In this document: positions 48,379-57,725 of the stretch, piece after piece
How the letters are laid out: each line of letters starts with the position of its first letter
Numbering within the stretch: position 1 is the first letter of the stretch
Source of the DNA: an uncultured bacterium
Lineage (GTDB): Bacteria > Cyanobacteriota > Vampirovibrionia > Gastranaerophilales > Gastranaerophilaceae
DNA length: 61,773 bases
Reading direction: 5' to 3'
Assembly: GCA_949284155.1 (NCBI GenBank)
Contig: CASDVD010000024.1
Span: 1-61,773, forward strand
Position numbers and translations under genes: made by a program
The notes under the pieces: model-generated
What the model was told of the DNA's origin: nothing
Database searches by the model: none
The model's input: only the letters and a program-made list of their open reading frames with translations

Positions 48379-48579
48379 ATGAGAATAACTATTAACGGAA
48401 ATTCTGTTGAAATAAAAGACGGTATAAACATTACTGATTTTTTAAAAACTGTTGAAAATTTGCCGAAATTATTTGTGATAGAACAGAATAAAAATATTAT
48501 ATATAAAGAAGATTATGATTCTGTTTTTTTGAAGGACGGAGATGAAATAGAGCTTGTGACTTTCACGGGCGGGGGCTAA
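48379..48579 (+). CDS. thiS: ThiS/MoaD-family sulfur-carrier (ubiquitin-fold) protein
   Basis: 66 aa. MRITINGNSVE ... ELVTFTGGG with a C-terminal Gly-Gly. Start set to the ATG at 48379. Confidence 0.7.
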   Translation: MRITINGNSVEIKDGINITDFLKTVENLPKLFVIEQNKNIIYKEDYDSVFLKDGDEIELVTFTGGG

Positions 48580-48649
48580 TTGTTTTCTGCCTGCCTTTGC
48601 GAAAAATATCCGTTTAAGTTATGATATGACTGAAAGGCGGGAGAAAAAT

Positions 48650-49945
48650 ATGATTGAGCGGTATTGTTTAAAAGATATGAAAAAGCTTTGGGAGCTTGAG
48701 TCAAAGTTTTCGTATTATCTTAAAGTTGAACTTGCCGTTTGCGAGGCATATAACGAGTTTGGGCAAATCCCGGATGAAGCGTTTTTGCAAATTAAAAATA
48801 ATGCTTCTTTTGATATAAAACGCATTGATGAAATTGAAAGAGAAGTAAATCATGATGTCATTGCTTTTTTGACAAATGTTAATGAAAATATCGGTGAAGC
48901 ATCAAGGTATGTTCATATGGGTATGACAAGCTCTGATGTTATAGATACGGCTTTTGCGCTGCAAATTAAAAGAGCCGGAGAAATTATTCTTTCTGATTTG
49001 GATAAAGTAATTTCCGCAATAAGAGAAAAGGCACGTGAAAATAAAGAAACTGTATGCATAGGCCGTTCGCATGGTGTTCATGCGGAACCTATGACTTTTG
49101 GCGTTAAATTATGCAGCTGGCTGGATATTTTTGAAAGGGCTAAAAAACGTTTTTTGAATGCTCTCGATGAAGTCTGTGCCGGTCAAATATCAGGGCCTGT
49201 AGGTACATACAGCAATATAAGCCCTGAAATAGAAAAAGCAGTGTGCGAAAAACTGGGATTGGCTCGGGCCAAAATTTCAACGCAGGTTATTGCCCGTGAC
49301 AGGCATGCAAATTTTATGAATGCTCTTGCTTTAATTGCGTCTGCAATTGAGCAGTGCGCCGTTGAGATACGGCATCTTCAAAGGACAGAGGTTTTAGAAG
49401 TTGAAGAGGCTTTTAAAAAAGGACAAAAAGGTTCTTCTGCAATGCCGCATAAAAAGAATCCCGTTTCTTCCGAAAACCTCTCCGGGCTGGCAAGAGTTGT
49501 AAAATCGAATGCTGCTGCAGCAATGGATAATATTGCGCTATGGCATGAGCGTGATATTTCCCATAGTTCGGTAGAGAGAATTATATTTCCAGATTCTACA
49601 ATTCTTATTGATTATATGTTGAACAGGTTCTGTAATGTTGTTCAGGGGCTTGTTATACATAAGGATAACATGATTAAAAATACCGCATTGTATGGCGGTA
49701 TTGTATATTCACAGAGAGTTCTGCTCGAGTTGACGAAAAAAGGATTGAGCAGAGAAAGGGCTTATGAAATTGTTCAAAGAAATGCATTGAATGCTTTTAA
49801 TCATGAAAACGGCAATTTTAAGGTAAATTTGGTTAATGATAGTGAAGTGTGCAAATATTTAAACACTGATGAAATAGAAAATTGTTTTGATTCAGGTTAT
49901 TATTTGAGAAATATTTCTGAAATCTATAAAAGATTTGATATCTGA
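48650..49945 (+). CDS. purB: Adenylosuccinate lyase
   Basis: MIERYCLKDM N-terminus (start moved to the ATG at 48650 after a GGGAG RBS). Fumarate-lyase signature GSSAMPHKKNP. Confidence 0.9.
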   Translation: MIERYCLKDMKKLWELESKFSYYLKVELAVCEAYNEFGQIPDEAFLQIKNNASFDIKRIDEIEREVNHDVIAFLTNVNENIGEASRYVHMGMTSSDVIDTAFALQIKRAGEIILSDLDKVISAIREKARENKETVCIGRSHGVHAEPMTFGVKLCSWLDIFERAKKRFLNALDEVCAGQISGPVGTYSNISPEIEKAVCEKLGLARAKISTQVIARDRHANFMNALALIASAIEQCAVEIRHLQRTEVLEVEEAFKKGQKGSSAMPHKKNPVSSENLSGLARVVKSNAAAAMDNIALWHERDISHSSVERIIFPDSTILIDYMLNRFCNVVQGLVIHKDNMIKNTALYGGIVYSQRVLLELTKKGLSRERAYEIVQRNALNAFNHENGNFKVNLVNDSEVCKYLNTDEIENCFDSGYYLRNISEIYKRFDI

Positions 49946-49956
49946 GGAGCAGGTAA

Positions 49957-50553
49957 ATGGGCTGTTTAAGGTTCATAGTAAGAGTAATAATAGTTGTGCT
50001 TGCAATAATAGGTTTTAAATCTATTGGCGGTATAGATTTTATTAAAAATCTTCATATTTTTGAGAAACCGTCTCAGGAAGTTTTGATAGAGAAGAGCAAA
50101 ATGATTGCGGATTTTTCAAAAATTCCTGATGAATATGAGATAGACAGAACAGCAGATATGCTCGGATATAAAGGTGTTCTTGCGGAACATAAAGCATCAG
50201 GCCAAAAGCTTGCTGTTTTGAATCCTGATAATAAGGCGATTTTGACAAAGAAAGATTTTTCTGACGGTTCTGTTAAAAAAAAGATTGATGCAATGAATGA
50301 GAAGCTGGCATATCAATATATTCGTTTTGAGAATTTTAAGATTTTAAAGCATGGCAAATTTAATTCAATGGGTCAATCTATTCCGTATATCAAATATGAA
50401 GCAGAGGTTACAAATCTGCCGATAAAAAAGATAGAAGGAATAATCGGTGTAGCTGAAGATAAAGAAAAAAACAGCAAAATATTGCTTTCCGCTGCTCAAA
50501 GCGGGAAATATTCACAAATTATTACTGAAGAATTTTTTAATAAAGTAAAATGA
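49957..50553 (+). CDS. N-terminally membrane-anchored hypothetical protein
   Basis: TM anchor FIVRVIIVVLAIIGF. ATGA overlap with ribD. Confidence 0.55.
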   Translation: MGCLRFIVRVIIVVLAIIGFKSIGGIDFIKNLHIFEKPSQEVLIEKSKMIADFSKIPDEYEIDRTADMLGYKGVLAEHKASGQKLAVLNPDNKAILTKKDFSDGSVKKKIDAMNEKLAYQYIRFENFKILKHGKFNSMGQSIPYIKYEAEVTNLPIKKIEGIIGVAEDKEKNSKILLSAAQSGKYSQIITEEFFNKVK

Positions 50554-51677
50554 CGGTTGATTATAAAAAATATATGAAAATGTGTATAGCTCTTGCAAAA
50601 AAAAGCGAAGGGCGGGTCAGTCCGAATCCTCTGGTTGGAGCTGTCGTTTTGGACAAAAATGGTATGGTGGCAGGTAAAGGCCGGCATGAAAAATACGGGT
50701 GTGCTCATGCGGAGGTTAATGCTCTTGCGCAGGCAGGGGGAAGGGCTGTCGGAGGAACAATTATTGTTAATTTGGAGCCGTGTTCTCATTACGGGAAGAC
50801 GCCGCCTTGTGCAGATTTGATTATAAAAAAAGGTATAAAAAAACTTGTGGTGGGAATGATTGATCCAAATCCGAAGGTATGTTCACGTGGAATACAGAAA
50901 TGTAAAGAAGCGGGTATTGAGGTCATCTCGAATGTTCTGGAAGAAGAATGTAAAGCATTGAATGAGGTTTTTATAAAAAACCAGACAGAAAAGAAACCTT
51001 TTATTGCTATAAAAACTGCAGTCACATCAGACGGCAAAATTGCGTCAGCAATCGGAGATTCAAAATGGATAACTAATGAAAAATCCAGAAAATATGTTCA
51101 TTCCCTTAGAAATAAATATGATGCAATTTTAACTGCATCAAACACGGTTCTTGCTGATAATCCTCAAATGACGTGCAGGATAAAAAACGGAAGAAATCCT
51201 ATTAGGATTATTGTAGATTCTGATTTGAGGTGTTCTCATGATTTTCGAATTTTTGAAGATAACTGTTCAAAAATAATTGTGGCAGTAAAACAAACTGTTG
51301 AAGAAGAAAAAATAAGACAATTTCCTTCTCATATTCATTTTATAAAATGTCCCGTACATGAAGGTAAAATAGATTTGAAGTATTTGGCGGATAAACTTTT
51401 TGAAGAGGGGATATGCAGTATACTGATAGAAGCGGGCGGTATTTTAAACGGTGCATTTTTGAAAAATAATCTTGTTGATAAGATATATCAATTTATTGCG
51501 CCAAAAGTACTTGCTGACAAAAATGCAAAAAACTGGGCAGAGGGTTGTTCTTCTGAAAGAATTGAAGATTGTTTCAGGCTTTCACTTGTCCGCAGCAAAT
51601 TTTTTGACGGAGATATATTGCTGGAATGGTTAGTCGGCAGGGATGAGCCTGTATCGGATAAGATATTGAATTATTAG
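50550..51677 (+). CDS. ribD: Bifunctional riboflavin biosynthesis deaminase/reductase RibD
   Basis: CMP/dCMP deaminase zinc site HAEVNAL ... PCSHYGKTPPC. C-terminal RibD reductase domain. Confidence 0.9.
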   Translation: MTVDYKKYMKMCIALAKKSEGRVSPNPLVGAVVLDKNGMVAGKGRHEKYGCAHAEVNALAQAGGRAVGGTIIVNLEPCSHYGKTPPCADLIIKKGIKKLVVGMIDPNPKVCSRGIQKCKEAGIEVISNVLEEECKALNEVFIKNQTEKKPFIAIKTAVTSDGKIASAIGDSKWITNEKSRKYVHSLRNKYDAILTASNTVLADNPQMTCRIKNGRNPIRIIVDSDLRCSHDFRIFEDNCSKIIVAVKQTVEEEKIRQFPSHIHFIKCPVHEGKIDLKYLADKLFEEGICSILIEAGGILNGAFLKNNLVDKIYQFIAPKVLADKNAKNWAEGCSSERIEDCFRLSLVRSKFFDGDILLEWLVGRDEPVSDKILNY

Positions 51678-51700
51678 GAAAAATGACATAGAATAATCTT

Positions 51701-53320
51701 ATGGAAGATAATTTTTCGGAAAAAATAACAACTCTTCAAAAAAATTTTTATGACTTAAATAATCTTTTTGAATTGAGTATAATTGCAACGCAAGCGGATT
51801 CTCTTGAAGATTTGATTGATAAAGTTACTGATTTTATCATTCAAACATTGAATATTGAAAATATAAGATTTTTTATTAATTCCGATAATGTTTATTACAT
51901 GGTTACAAATCCCCGTAATCAAAATAAAGAAAACTTTCAATTCGAAAACGATGATGAAGGTTTTTGGGAAGTATTAAACAGAAATGAATTTATTAAAGTA
52001 ACAACGGATACCGGACAGCCGATATATAAATCTTTCTGGGAAAAATACAACCTGCATAATCTTTCAAGTTCTTATTTTAAGCTGTTTCAAAAGGATTCTG
52101 TGCCGTATTTTATTTGCTCTCTCGGATTGAAAAAATCTGGAGAACCGTTCAGTGATGAAGATATAGCTTATTTGAATAAAGTTTTTAATTATATTGAGCC
52201 TATTTTAATTAAATATATAAAACGCAGAGATCAGGAAAACGACCTTAAAAAGCTGCAAAAGTCATTGCATAATATATCTATCCTTTATAATATTTCTCAG
52301 GCTGTTAATTTTATTGATGATTTGAAACGGCTGTTGAGAGTTATTCTGAGCAAGGCTCTTGATACAATTGAAGCTGAAAAAGGCTCGTTAATGCTTTATA
52401 ATTTTACGGAAAATGTTTTGCAGACGAAAGTTGTATATGGTCTTGCCGATAAAAATTTGGAAACTGAGATTAACAACGGACTTGTTGAATGTAATAAAAT
52501 AAAAGTCGGTGAAGGTATTGCCGGTACTGTTTTTGTGGAAAAGAAATCCATTATTTCCAATCTGGGAAAAAATGACCCGAGATTTTTAAATGTCGGAGAG
52601 GATTTGAATGTATCCTCATTGCTTTGCGTTCCTCTTATTGCAAAGGGTGAGCCCATAGGGGTCATTAATATAACCAACAAACAGAACGGAAAACTTTTTA
52701 ATAAGCAGGATTTGGAGTTTATTGAGGCACTGGCTAATCAGGCAGCTATTGCTATTGATAATGCAAAATTATATGAACTTGCAACAAAAGACGGACTGAC
52801 TAAATTATACATCTATAGACATTTCTATACACTTTTGGAAACAGAACTTAAACGTTCTGCAAGATATAACCATGAAATGACACTGTTGATGATGGATATT
52901 GATAACTTTAAATCAATAAATGATACATACGGACACCCTGTCGGCGATCAGGTGCTGAGAGAGATTGCGAACTGTATAACACAAACAATAAGAAAGATTG
53001 ATATTGCTTCAAGGTACGGGGGAGAAGAATTTACTGTCATTCTTCCTGAAACTAATACAAAAGATGCGAGAATTATTGCCGAACGTCTAAGAAAAAATAT
53101 CAGCGAATTGAAAGTAAGAACAAAAGAAGACGTCATTATCAGCCCGACAATAAGTATCGGTATGTCTGAATATCCTTCTTGCGCATTGGACGAACAGACG
53201 CTTATAGAGTTGGCGGATGTTGCTTTGTATAATGCAAAAAATAACGGTAAAAATTGCGTTTGCGAATATAGTCCCAACGGGTGCACACTTGTTTCTCACG
53301 GGCATGATATAAAATTATAG
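51701..53320 (+). CDS. GAF-domain diguanylate cyclase (GGDEF) with I-site
   Basis: GAF region (GIAGTVF ... SLLCVPL). GGDEF domain with RYGGEEF, and RKID (RxxD) five residues upstream of it. Confidence 0.88.
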   Translation: MEDNFSEKITTLQKNFYDLNNLFELSIIATQADSLEDLIDKVTDFIIQTLNIENIRFFINSDNVYYMVTNPRNQNKENFQFENDDEGFWEVLNRNEFIKVTTDTGQPIYKSFWEKYNLHNLSSSYFKLFQKDSVPYFICSLGLKKSGEPFSDEDIAYLNKVFNYIEPILIKYIKRRDQENDLKKLQKSLHNISILYNISQAVNFIDDLKRLLRVILSKALDTIEAEKGSLMLYNFTENVLQTKVVYGLADKNLETEINNGLVECNKIKVGEGIAGTVFVEKKSIISNLGKNDPRFLNVGEDLNVSSLLCVPLIAKGEPIGVINITNKQNGKLFNKQDLEFIEALANQAAIAIDNAKLYELATKDGLTKLYIYRHFYTLLETELKRSARYNHEMTLLMMDIDNFKSINDTYGHPVGDQVLREIANCITQTIRKIDIASRYGGEEFTVILPETNTKDARIIAERLRKNISELKVRTKEDVIISPTISIGMSEYPSCALDEQTLIELADVALYNAKNNGKNCVCEYSPNGCTLVSHGHDIKL

Positions 53321-53327
53321 GTGTAAT

Positions 53328-54011
53328 ATGAATTATTGCCCGATTTGTGGAGAAGAAAGTGAATTTTTACCGTTTGGGTTGATTCAAAGGCAAAATGCTC
53401 TTTGTCCTGTTTGTAATTCGTTAGAAAGACACAGATTTGTTTATTTTTTATACCAAATTTTATTTATGAATAATAATTTTATGCAGAATGTGTTGCACTT
53501 TGCACCGGAAAAGTGTTTTGCCGATGTATTAAGCAGCAAAAAATCTATGATAAATTATCTTCCTGCTGATTTATATCCGGAAAATTATGCCCATATTCGC
53601 TTAGGTTCTGGCAGAAAAGTTATAAAACTGGACGCTTGCAATATTGATTTGCCGGACAATTCAGTTGATGTGGTAATAGCTAATCATTTGGCGGAGCATC
53701 TTGAAGATGATAAAAAATTTGTTAGCGAGTCGGTTCGTGTGTTAAAAAAGTCCGGTGTGTTAATATTTACCGTTCCGTTTGACATAAATAGAGATACAAC
53801 CTATGAAAATGCGGATATTGTGACAGAAGAAGAGCGGCGTATTCACTTTGGACAGGAAGACCATTTGAGAATATACGGAAATGATGTGCAGGAGCGGTTT
53901 AAAAGTGAAGCTTATACTATATCTCAGATAGAATCAACTGTTCTGCCTGATTCATCAAGAGAAAAAATGGGTATAGTATACGACAGGGCATACATTGTTC
54001 GTCCAAAATAG
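53328..54011 (+). CDS. Class I SAM-dependent methyltransferase with N-terminal zinc ribbon
   Basis: CPICGEE ... CPVCNSLERHR, then VVIANHLAEHLEDD and GVLIFTVP. Confidence 0.7.
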   Translation: MNYCPICGEESEFLPFGLIQRQNALCPVCNSLERHRFVYFLYQILFMNNNFMQNVLHFAPEKCFADVLSSKKSMINYLPADLYPENYAHIRLGSGRKVIKLDACNIDLPDNSVDVVIANHLAEHLEDDKKFVSESVRVLKKSGVLIFTVPFDINRDTTYENADIVTEEERRIHFGQEDHLRIYGNDVQERFKSEAYTISQIESTVLPDSSREKMGIVYDRAYIVRPK

Positions 54012-54065
54012 TGTTATTATGCTTGTGCGTAATTATTGGTTTTGGTTTAAAAAACGGGTGTTTAA

Positions 54066-54094
54066 TTGATAAGTGGTAGTTGTTGTTGTATAAT
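54066..54094 (+). promoter_or_regulatory. Near-consensus sigma-70 promoter for trpS (TTGATA-N17-TATAAT)
   Basis: -35 at 54066-54071, an exactly 17-nt spacer, and -10 at 54089-54094, 35 nt before the ATG. Confidence 0.5.
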
Positions 54095-54128
54095 CTTTTT
54101 GCTGTAACTCTTGTCAGAAGGATAAATT

Positions 54129-55139
54129 ATGGAGCAAAGAAAAAGAATCGTTTCAGGGATGCGCCCGACAGGTAAACTTCATTTAGGACATTATCTCGGT
54201 GTTTTAACAAATTGGGTCAAACTGCAAAATGAGTATGACTGCTTTTTCTTTGTTGCTGATTGGCATGCCTTGACGACAAAATTTGATAAGACTGAAGATT
54301 TAAAACAAAACACTATTGATGTTGTATTGGATTGGCTGGCAGCGGGGATTAATCCTGAAAAAGCCGTTATATATGCACAATCTCATGTCCCGGAAATAGC
54401 GGAGCTGCATATATATTTGAGCATGATTACACCGCAAAATTGGGTGGAAAGAGATCCTACATTGAAGGATTTGGCTAAAATGGTCAGAAATTCCGAAGAA
54501 GATAACAAGCCCAATGTAAGCTATGGACTGTTGGGATACCCTGTGCTGATGGCTGCGGATATTATGATGTTCAATGTTGATTATGTTCCGGTAGGCATTG
54601 ACCAGGTTGCCCATATAGAGATTGCTCGTGATATAGCCAGAAGGTTTAATCATATTTATAATGTCGAACTTTTTAAAGAAGCTGTGCCGAAATTAACCCA
54701 AATACCTCTCGTAAAAGGATTAGACGGTCAAAAAATGGGTAAATCATTTCATAACGATATTAAAATTTCTGATGATGAACAAACTACTGCAAAGAAAATT
54801 ATGCAGGCTATAACTGACAGAAGCCGGGCAAGAAAAGATGATCCCGGTCATCCTGACAAATGTGAAGTGGCTTTTTCATATTGGGAAGCTTTTGGTGATT
54901 CTGAAATTATTGAGACGGTTAAATCTGAATGTATTGCCGGAAAAAGAGGATGTGTTGACTGCAAAAGACAGCTTGCTTGTGCAGTTAATGAGAAGCTTCG
55001 TCCTTTGCGTGAACGTCGAAAATACTATGAGAACCATCTTGATGAAGTGCACAAAATCATCAAAGAAGGCTCTGAAAAAGCTCGTGTTGAAGCTGGAAAA
55101 CTGCTTGCGCAAGTTAGAGATGCCGTTAGAATGTACTAA
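54129..55139 (+). CDS. trpS: Tryptophan--tRNA ligase
   Basis: GMRPTGKLHLGHYLG (HIGH-type) and KMGKS motifs. 336 aa. Confidence 0.92.
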   Translation: MEQRKRIVSGMRPTGKLHLGHYLGVLTNWVKLQNEYDCFFFVADWHALTTKFDKTEDLKQNTIDVVLDWLAAGINPEKAVIYAQSHVPEIAELHIYLSMITPQNWVERDPTLKDLAKMVRNSEEDNKPNVSYGLLGYPVLMAADIMMFNVDYVPVGIDQVAHIEIARDIARRFNHIYNVELFKEAVPKLTQIPLVKGLDGQKMGKSFHNDIKISDDEQTTAKKIMQAITDRSRARKDDPGHPDKCEVAFSYWEAFGDSEIIETVKSECIAGKRGCVDCKRQLACAVNEKLRPLRERRKYYENHLDEVHKIIKEGSEKARVEAGKLLAQVRDAVRMY

Positions 55140-55148
55140 TAAAATATA

Positions 55149-56384
55149 TTAGTTTATCGGAAGCTGAACTATAAATGTACTGCCTTTTTGCGGCTCGCTT
55201 TCAAAAGATATTTTTCCGCCGTGGAGTTCTGTTAATTCTTTTGTAATAGTCAGCCCCAGTCCTGTTGAACTTTCATTTTTGCAGTAAATGTTGTTTAATT
55301 GGACAAACTTGTCAAATATTTTTTCGTGATGTTGTTGTTCAATGCCTATTCCGTTATCTTTAACAAATATTTTTACGATATTGTTGTTTTGAGTATATCC
55401 TGCTTCAATTTTACCTCCTGCCGGTGTAAATTTTATTGCATTGCTCAAGAGGTTAAACAGAATTTGCTGAACCTTTTGATAATCTGCCTTAATACCGGCA
55501 CCGGTTGCAGGAATGTTTTTAAGCAGGGTCAGATTTTTTTTATCCGCTAACGGTTGGACTATATTAATTACTTCTGTTATAGCAATGTTTAAATCAAAAA
55601 CAGAAGGCGTGAGTTTTAGTGCATGGGCTTCAATTTTTGAAATTTCCAGAATTTCATTAATCATACCGAGCAAATGCAGTCCGGAAACATGTATATCTCG
55701 TATATATTCGGACTGCTTTTCATTTACCGGCCCGAACAGCTGTTTTGAAAGCACTTCTGAAAATCCTATAATGGCATTCAACGGTGTACGCAGTTCATGA
55801 GAGGTATTTGCTAAGAATTCTGATTTTACTTTGTCTGCTTCTAATATTTTTTCATTTTGTTTTTTTATTGTTTCATTAGCTCTGGTTTTTTCAAGCAGAC
55901 TTTCTTGCAATGCTTTCAGCTGCAGTTTAAAGACATTCGACAGTTCACTGTCTTTCACTGCATAAGAGGCTATTGAACAGAATACATCAGTAATTTCTTT
56001 ATCCTCTTCATTAAATTCAGAATTCTTTTCTAAAAGTATAAACCCAAAAATGGTTCCGGCGATAATTAACTTAGATAAAAGATAATAGTTTTTATTATTT
56101 AAATTGAATGCCTTCGCAAGTATATCGTTGCCGTTAAATATTAAAGATTCTTCCGAATACAAAAGCGGTTTTATCTTTTCCGATACCTCAAAAGGTTTAT
56201 CAAAGGCGGCGTTTAATGTGTATTTAACAGCTGCATTATCAGAATTAACATAGCAGACAACTGCGGCGTCAAAGTTTACAACTGTCTGTAATAAGGCGAA
56301 TAAATTTTCATAGCAGCTTTCAGCATCTTCTGTATTTTTTAAAATAAGCGGGACTTTTTTTAATAAATTTTTAAACTTGTTCAT
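55149..56384 (-). CDS. Cytoplasmic GAF-like sensor histidine kinase
   Basis: H-box TSHELRTPLNAI, N-box LLSNAIKFT, G-boxes DNGIGI and GLGLTI. No TM segments. Contains no Trp codon. Confidence 0.88.
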   Translation of the reverse strand: MNKFKNLLKKVPLILKNTEDAESCYENLFALLQTVVNFDAAVVCYVNSDNAAVKYTLNAAFDKPFEVSEKIKPLLYSEESLIFNGNDILAKAFNLNNKNYYLLSKLIIAGTIFGFILLEKNSEFNEEDKEITDVFCSIASYAVKDSELSNVFKLQLKALQESLLEKTRANETIKKQNEKILEADKVKSEFLANTSHELRTPLNAIIGFSEVLSKQLFGPVNEKQSEYIRDIHVSGLHLLGMINEILEISKIEAHALKLTPSVFDLNIAITEVINIVQPLADKKNLTLLKNIPATGAGIKADYQKVQQILFNLLSNAIKFTPAGGKIEAGYTQNNNIVKIFVKDNGIGIEQQHHEKIFDKFVQLNNIYCKNESSTGLGLTITKELTELHGGKISFESEPQKGSTFIVQLPIN

Positions 56385-56425
56385 AAAGCGATTATAGGAT
56401 TCTTTTAGCTGAAAAACAAGTATAT

Positions 56426-57577
56426 TTAGCCCTGTTTGTTTTCTTTATCAAATCTGTATTTTGTAAAGATATTAGAAATTGCGGCTACAAAAAATCCCAT
56501 GAACCCTATGCTGAATAAGAAAGGAATACCATTTACCAGCACTTTTTGTTGTGCTAATTTTTTAAATTCATTTTTATTTGCAGCATTTTTAGCGATTGTC
56601 TCAAAAGATGGAATATCTAAATTTTCGCCTATTAATTCTTTACATCTGCCGGATTTTAAAAGCAATTTTTTGAAACCTTTTTCAAACAGCTCGCTTCCGG
56701 TAATTATATAAAATCCTGTTAACGGGAATCTGAAAAGAGTTTCCAGAAAATTCTGTTTCCCTCTGTCTTTTGCTGCTCCGAAATATCCGGCTCCTCCAAT
56801 TAATACGCATGAGGTAAGCTGTCCTTTGCTCAAAACCAGCTTTTCGTTTTGTGAATTAAAATCCAATGAAAAATATTTATTGAAAAAGTTGCGTTTTTTA
56901 GCATTGTTTTTAAATAGTTTTGTACCCGGTGCAAGAACAAATTCTGCAATATTTTGTAATAATTTTGACTTCTCTCCTCTTTTATAAATAAGAGCCGCAA
57001 GCCCTAAACAACACGAAAAAACGGCGGCTGCACGTTTTATATTTTTATGGGCGCTTTTTTCAACTTTTTTTTGTTTTTCTGTGTCTTCTTTTTTGGTTTC
57101 AAGGCTGGCAATGTTATTAAAATCAGCCTTTTTGAAAGTTTTTAAAGTGAAGAGATTTTTGAAATAATTTAATGTAAATTCGCAAAGAGGTATTATTGTG
57201 CCGCTTAGTGCAACTGCAGCTTTTGCACATAGTATTTTTTTGTTCAATGCTGTCGGATTTTTCATCAATGCCGTTGCGACTGTGCTGATTTGCCGCTGTG
57301 CATTTTTGTCCAGTTTTGATGAAAAAATTTTTCTTGATATATTTTCACCGATTAGTGCCGGCGCAAAATATACAAGAGCGCTTTCTGAAAGTTCGAGAAG
57401 GCTGTTTTCCGCTAAATCTTCTTTCGAACGTGCAAAAACTGCCTTGGGCAACAAGCAGGTGGATGTATCCTGAATAAATCTTGATGTGGAAAGACCGGAT
57501 GCCTGTTCTTGCGAATAAATGAACTTTGCGGCTGTTTTAAGGGGTTGTGATAACGTGTTTATTAATGTGACTTGCAT
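56426..57577 (-). CDS. Hypothetical multi-TM membrane protein, paralog family member C
   Basis: AAGGA RBS. N-terminal region similar to ORF 37246. YFGAAKDRGKQNFLETLF...FEKGFKKLLLKSG resembles RYAAARDKDERREILTRD...LKKAFAKLSQKSTG of ORF 38183. No Trp in 383 aa. Confidence 0.65.
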   Translation of the reverse strand: MQVTLINTLSQPLKTAAKFIYSQEQASGLSTSRFIQDTSTCLLPKAVFARSKEDLAENSLLELSESALVYFAPALIGENISRKIFSSKLDKNAQRQISTVATALMKNPTALNKKILCAKAAVALSGTIIPLCEFTLNYFKNLFTLKTFKKADFNNIASLETKKEDTEKQKKVEKSAHKNIKRAAAVFSCCLGLAALIYKRGEKSKLLQNIAEFVLAPGTKLFKNNAKKRNFFNKYFSLDFNSQNEKLVLSKGQLTSCVLIGGAGYFGAAKDRGKQNFLETLFRFPLTGFYIITGSELFEKGFKKLLLKSGRCKELIGENLDIPSFETIAKNAANKNEFKKLAQQKVLVNGIPFLFSIGFMGFFVAAISNIFTKYRFDKENKQG

Positions 57578-57607
57578 AAAATTTTCCTTTTAAATCTAAA
57601 AAATAAA

Positions 57608-57680
57608 AACCTGTACATACTCAGTACAGGTTTTTAAACAAAAATTTTATGCATTAAACACCTGTACTTATTACAGGCGC
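57608..57680 (-). promoter_or_regulatory. Putative ribosome-mediated Trp attenuator: 1:2 hairpin (57658-57680) and 3:4 intrinsic terminator (57608-57632 plus U-tract)
   Basis: Minus-strand RNA reads GCGCCUGUA-AUAAG-UACAGGUGU, then AACCUGUAC-UGAGUAU-GUACAGGUU followed by UUUAUUUUUU. Segment 2 (UACAGGU) can alternatively pair with segment 3 (ACCUGUA). Confidence 0.6.
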
Positions 57681-57718
57681 CACCAATTTTTATTTAAATT
57701 TAAAATACTATTTTTCAT
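57671..57718 (-). CDS. Leader peptide MKNSILNLNKNWWRL with tandem Trp codons
   Basis: Read codon by codon on the minus strand: ATG AAA AAT AGT ATT TTA AAT TTA AAT AAA AAT TGG TGG CGC CTG TAA. Its last codons form the 5' arm of hairpin 1:2. No SD; the ATG lies about 7 nt after the predicted -10. Confidence 0.55.
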   Translation of the reverse strand: MKNSILNLNKNWWRL

Positions 57719-57725
57719 AAATTTG

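Noticed and set aside
2456-51677. Riboswitches expected for queE (preQ1), thiS (TPP) and ribD (FMN).
   Set aside because: Each of these genes overlaps or abuts the preceding CDS, leaving no leader in which a riboswitch could reside.
1602-53305. Many 60-130 aa ORFs in the track lie inside or antisense to larger genes. Examples: 1602-1835, 4779-5178, 8032-8379, 13329-13718, 18019-18342, 25206-25469, 38671-39072, 40326-40685, 52948-53286.
   Set aside because: They overlap well-supported CDSs with recognisable domains. They have low-complexity or Cys/Phe/Ile-rich translations typical of shadow frames in AT-rich DNA, and they lack RBS support.
54012-54128. Possible T-box leader upstream of trpS.
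   Set aside because: The spacer is only 117 nt. A near-consensus promoter ends 35 nt before the ATG. There is no specifier or terminator structure and no T-box sequence.
57677-57685. GCGCCACCA on the plus strand, which looks like a tRNA 3' end (discriminator plus CCA).
   Set aside because: There is no T-arm (GTTCGAATC-like), D-arm or acceptor pairing upstream. On the minus strand this is the UGG UGG CGC of the leader peptide.
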